64,000 nt of DNA from Torpedo marmorata (Eukaryota). The stretch spans positions 61,380,001 through 61,444,000 of the forward strand of contig OZ360239.1 of NCBI GenBank assembly GCA_977017645.1, in the 5' to 3' direction. The translations under genes and the position numbers were made by a program. Each line of letters opens with the position of its first letter. Position 1 is the first letter of the stretch. Positions 61,599 to 64,000 of this stretch are shown piece by piece. The notes below the pieces were generated by a model that was not told the origin of the DNA, did no database searches, and was given only the letters and a program-made list of their open reading frames with translations.

Positions 61599-62336
61599 AC
61601 AGGAATTGTCGACACCTAACTCACCCTCCTCAGATTTCCAACTGCCGACTCGCGCGGGGGAACCTATATTTAAACGAGGATCCCACCCGTGCATGCTCCG
61701 TTGTACGCGCGCTGGCACCCGGCTCCAACCGCTCGCCGCCGGGGCTGAGCCAACCGCGCATGCGTCAACCTAGTCCATGGTGCATGCGCACTGATGGACA
61801 TGCCGGCCCCGGCTGAAGCTGCCGCTGCCGAGCCAACCACGCATGCGCCGCCACGCTCCAGCTCCGTAAGCGGTGGCGGCGCTCGCGCTGGTGCGGCCTA
61901 CGGAAGAGGCCTACGGACCCCGGAACACCGCTGGCGTCCGTGGCCAAAACAGAAGGTATGTAGTGAGCCTATGGCTCTTACACCGGCCCCTAATTATTAT
62001 AATGAGATGTAACGTCTCTAATAATAATTACATTATAAAATTATAATAACAATAACCATATAACATTCAAACAAATATACAAATCTTTTCTTCTTTCTTC
62101 ACAAGACCAGAGTTTACTATAACTCTGGATGAATAAAATTCTGTAACCTGAAATATACAACAACAAATAAAGTCAGTTTACATTTATCAAAGTTCCTCCT
62201 TTGTCTTGAAAAGTCTCAATAATTTTTCCAAGTAACCAGGAGTTTCTTGAAGTTGAATTATCCATAATAATCACAATGCCTCTTTAAAGTTCTTTTATCT
62301 CTATAATCTTTGAGTTAAAACGTCAACCAGTAAACT

Positions 62337-63338
62337 TCAAATCTTCCTCAGATAAAATAGATAAAGTTTTTCTTTGAATTTAACACAAGGCACTTCTTCA
62401 ACATGTCGTTTCACTTTATTTCTTTTTTCAGTATTCCACTTCTCATGTGAAGAATTTAAACTCCTAGAACTAGAATTTGAATATTTATTTGATCCTTTCG
62501 ATTTTAAACAGGTCTGTTTAACCACTCTGGTTTCTATTGCTTTTTCCTGCAATTCCAAATCCAATTTTGCAACTTTCAATTCGGTCTCAGTTCTTTTCGA
62601 GAAATTAATAATTTGATCTGAAGTTAAAATATCATGTGATACATTGATATTTCCATTGTCAATCCTGTTGCGGCAAACTTGAAATTTTTTAATTTCTTCG
62701 TCTTGCTTGTTACATTTCTGCAATGCAATATTACATTCTTTCTGCATTGTTAATTGTTTTGTGTTATTAATCAATAACTTGTTCTCTATCAAAACATTAA
62801 TCTCTTCCTCCAACCTTTTACATTTTGTTAATGCTGAATCTCTTTCCTCAATAACTGTATTCATTTCTTCAGCAGTTATTCTTTTCTTCCGCTTTCTGAC
62901 TTTGCGAGTTTTACTTACAATTAAATCTTTCTGTTTACTGTTTTCTTGATTATCTAATATTTCCAATTCCCCTTTCAACATTTTGTTCTCTGAATTCAAT
63001 TGCATTAAATTATCATTCGCATTATTCTTTATTCCATCAGCACAATTTTCTGTGTTTTCCAGTTTTACATCACATTGTAATCTTTCTTCGTTAGCTTTGT
63101 CTGTTGTAATCTCTGAACTACAAAATCTACATTCAGATTTGTTTTCAGTCACTTGTTTTATTCCTGTATTGGATTCATTTACACATGAATGATCAATAGT
63201 ATTATTTGCAACATCTTCTAATACTTCACTTTCATCCTTTTCTGACGAAATTAATTCCTTCAATGTTGTTTTAAATACCATTGATTTATTTTCACATTGA
63301 TCTGTTTTCTTTTCTTCAAAAGTGATTTTCTTATTCAC
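62337..63338 (-). CDS. Coiled-coil ORF inside the BEL/Pao element with MIPOL1-like segments (probable captured host sequence)
   Basis: 333 open codons. RITAEEMNTVIEERDSALTKCKRLEEEI and KLDLELQEKAIETRV resemble vertebrate MIPOL1 as recalled; not database-checked. Confidence 0.65.
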   Translation of the reverse strand: MNKKITFEEKKTDQCENKSMVFKTTLKELISSEKDESEVLEDVANNTIDHSCVNESNTGIKQVTENKSECRFCSSEITTDKANEERLQCDVKLENTENCADGIKNNANDNLMQLNSENKMLKGELEILDNQENSKQKDLIVSKTRKVRKRKKRITAEEMNTVIEERDSALTKCKRLEEEINVLIENKLLINNTKQLTMQKECNIALQKCNKQDEEIKKFQVCRNRIDNGNINVSHDILTSDQIINFSKRTETELKVAKLDLELQEKAIETRVVKQTCLKSKGSNKYSNSSSRSLNSSHEKWNTEKRNKVKRHVEEVPCVKFKEKLYLFYLRKI

Positions 63339-63401
63339 GGTTTTTTGCTCTTGCTTAACTCTTCAACTTTCTGAACCGAAATTCTATTAATATTTATCGC
63401 T

Positions 63402-63597
63402 CTCATTCTATTTCTTTCCTTTTAACTAACATTTCTATATATTTTTTTTTCTCTTTATTAGAATAGTGTGGGAGGGCTGGGGAGGGGAGGGAGGGAAGGG
63501 GGGATGGTAAAAATATCACATGTATTTTGAATAATATATTATTTTTGACTATGTATTTTGTGATTTTAAAAATTAAATAAAAATTTAAAAAAAAAAA
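63402..63597 (+). mobile_element. Very short L1 3'-UTR insertion in the BEL/Pao ORF
   Basis: G-rich L1 3' UTR and poly(A). 13-bp TSD aatatttatcgct at 63389-63401 and 63598-63610. Confidence 0.9.
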
Positions 63598-64000
63598 AAT
63601 ATTTATCGCTAACTGTTCCTGAGCAATATCATTATTTCTTTCCAGTGGTCCATTGATTGTCCAACCAAACTTGGTTCTAATAGTGTAAGGTCCATTCCTT
63701 TTACTCTCTATTACTTCTTTCGGTTCCAAAACCTTTGGCACATCTGAACCAATCAGCATTTCTATCTCAGAATTAATTTCAGGTAAATAAACCTTCCACA
63801 GATAAGCTAAATGATGGATATCCCTTTGATGAGGAATATTTCCTTCATTCACAGGCATAGTCTTCTGAGGATATACACTTGGAAGATCACAAAATTTTTT
63901 GTCATCCAATCCAGCAACCTCTAAGCCTGAAACAATGTTAGTTTCAACAACCTTTTCTTGTCCCATTGTTCTTAACATAATTCTTGATCTTTTTCCTTGA

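Larger units (their letters stand above)
61304..64000 (-). mobile_element. BEL/Pao LTR retrotransposon, 3' part (continues beyond the window), non-autonomous
   Basis: LTR 61304-61982 (tgtag..ttaca) with PPT-like ggggccgg on the minus strand. Integrase C-terminal remnant IVIIMDNSTSRNSWLLGKIIETFQDKGG at ~62195-62278. Protease-adjacent MLIGSDVP..PY.IRTKFGWTINGP at 63610-63978. Confidence 0.82.

Noticed and set aside
62337-63338. env-like gene of the BEL/Pao element
   Set aside because: No signal peptide or transmembrane segment, and it lies upstream of the integrase C-terminal remnant rather than between pol and the 3' LTR.
63403-63978. 191-aa ORF with a hydrophobic and Pro-rich C-terminus
   Set aside because: The C-terminal ~65 aa are antisense read-through of the inserted L1 tail (poly-T and C-rich tract).

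Overview
This is a eukaryotic, transposon-dense intronic or intergenic window. The repeat set (CR1, Rex1/Babar-type LINEs, V-SINE/HE1-like SINEs, Penelope, AT-rich fish-type L1) suggests a cartilaginous fish, which is an inference. I found no convincing host exon, and nearly all long ORFs belong to retroelements. Main elements: two internally deleted Mag-type Gypsy elements plus a related solo LTR; a Gmr1-like Gypsy (integrase before RT) with an internal gag duplication; a full-length 5.8-kb L1 with TSD and several truncated L1s; Penelope remnants with minimal hammerhead-ribozyme motifs; a 5S-rRNA-derived SINE; hAT and Tc2-like MITEs; and the 3' part of a BEL/Pao element at the right edge. Three observations stand out. 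(1) The BEL/Pao element lacks its RT-RNaseH-integrase core and instead carries a 333-codon coiled-coil ORF resembling rearranged pieces of the host gene MIPOL1 (recognised from memory, needs BLAST). (2) The Mag-type elements have no tRNA primer site; a 12-nt sequence in that position is complementary to the LTR poly(A) signal and co-varies between the two copies. (3) A hAT MITE made of two palindromic units carries a single outer TSD. Boundaries without a TSD are approximate.
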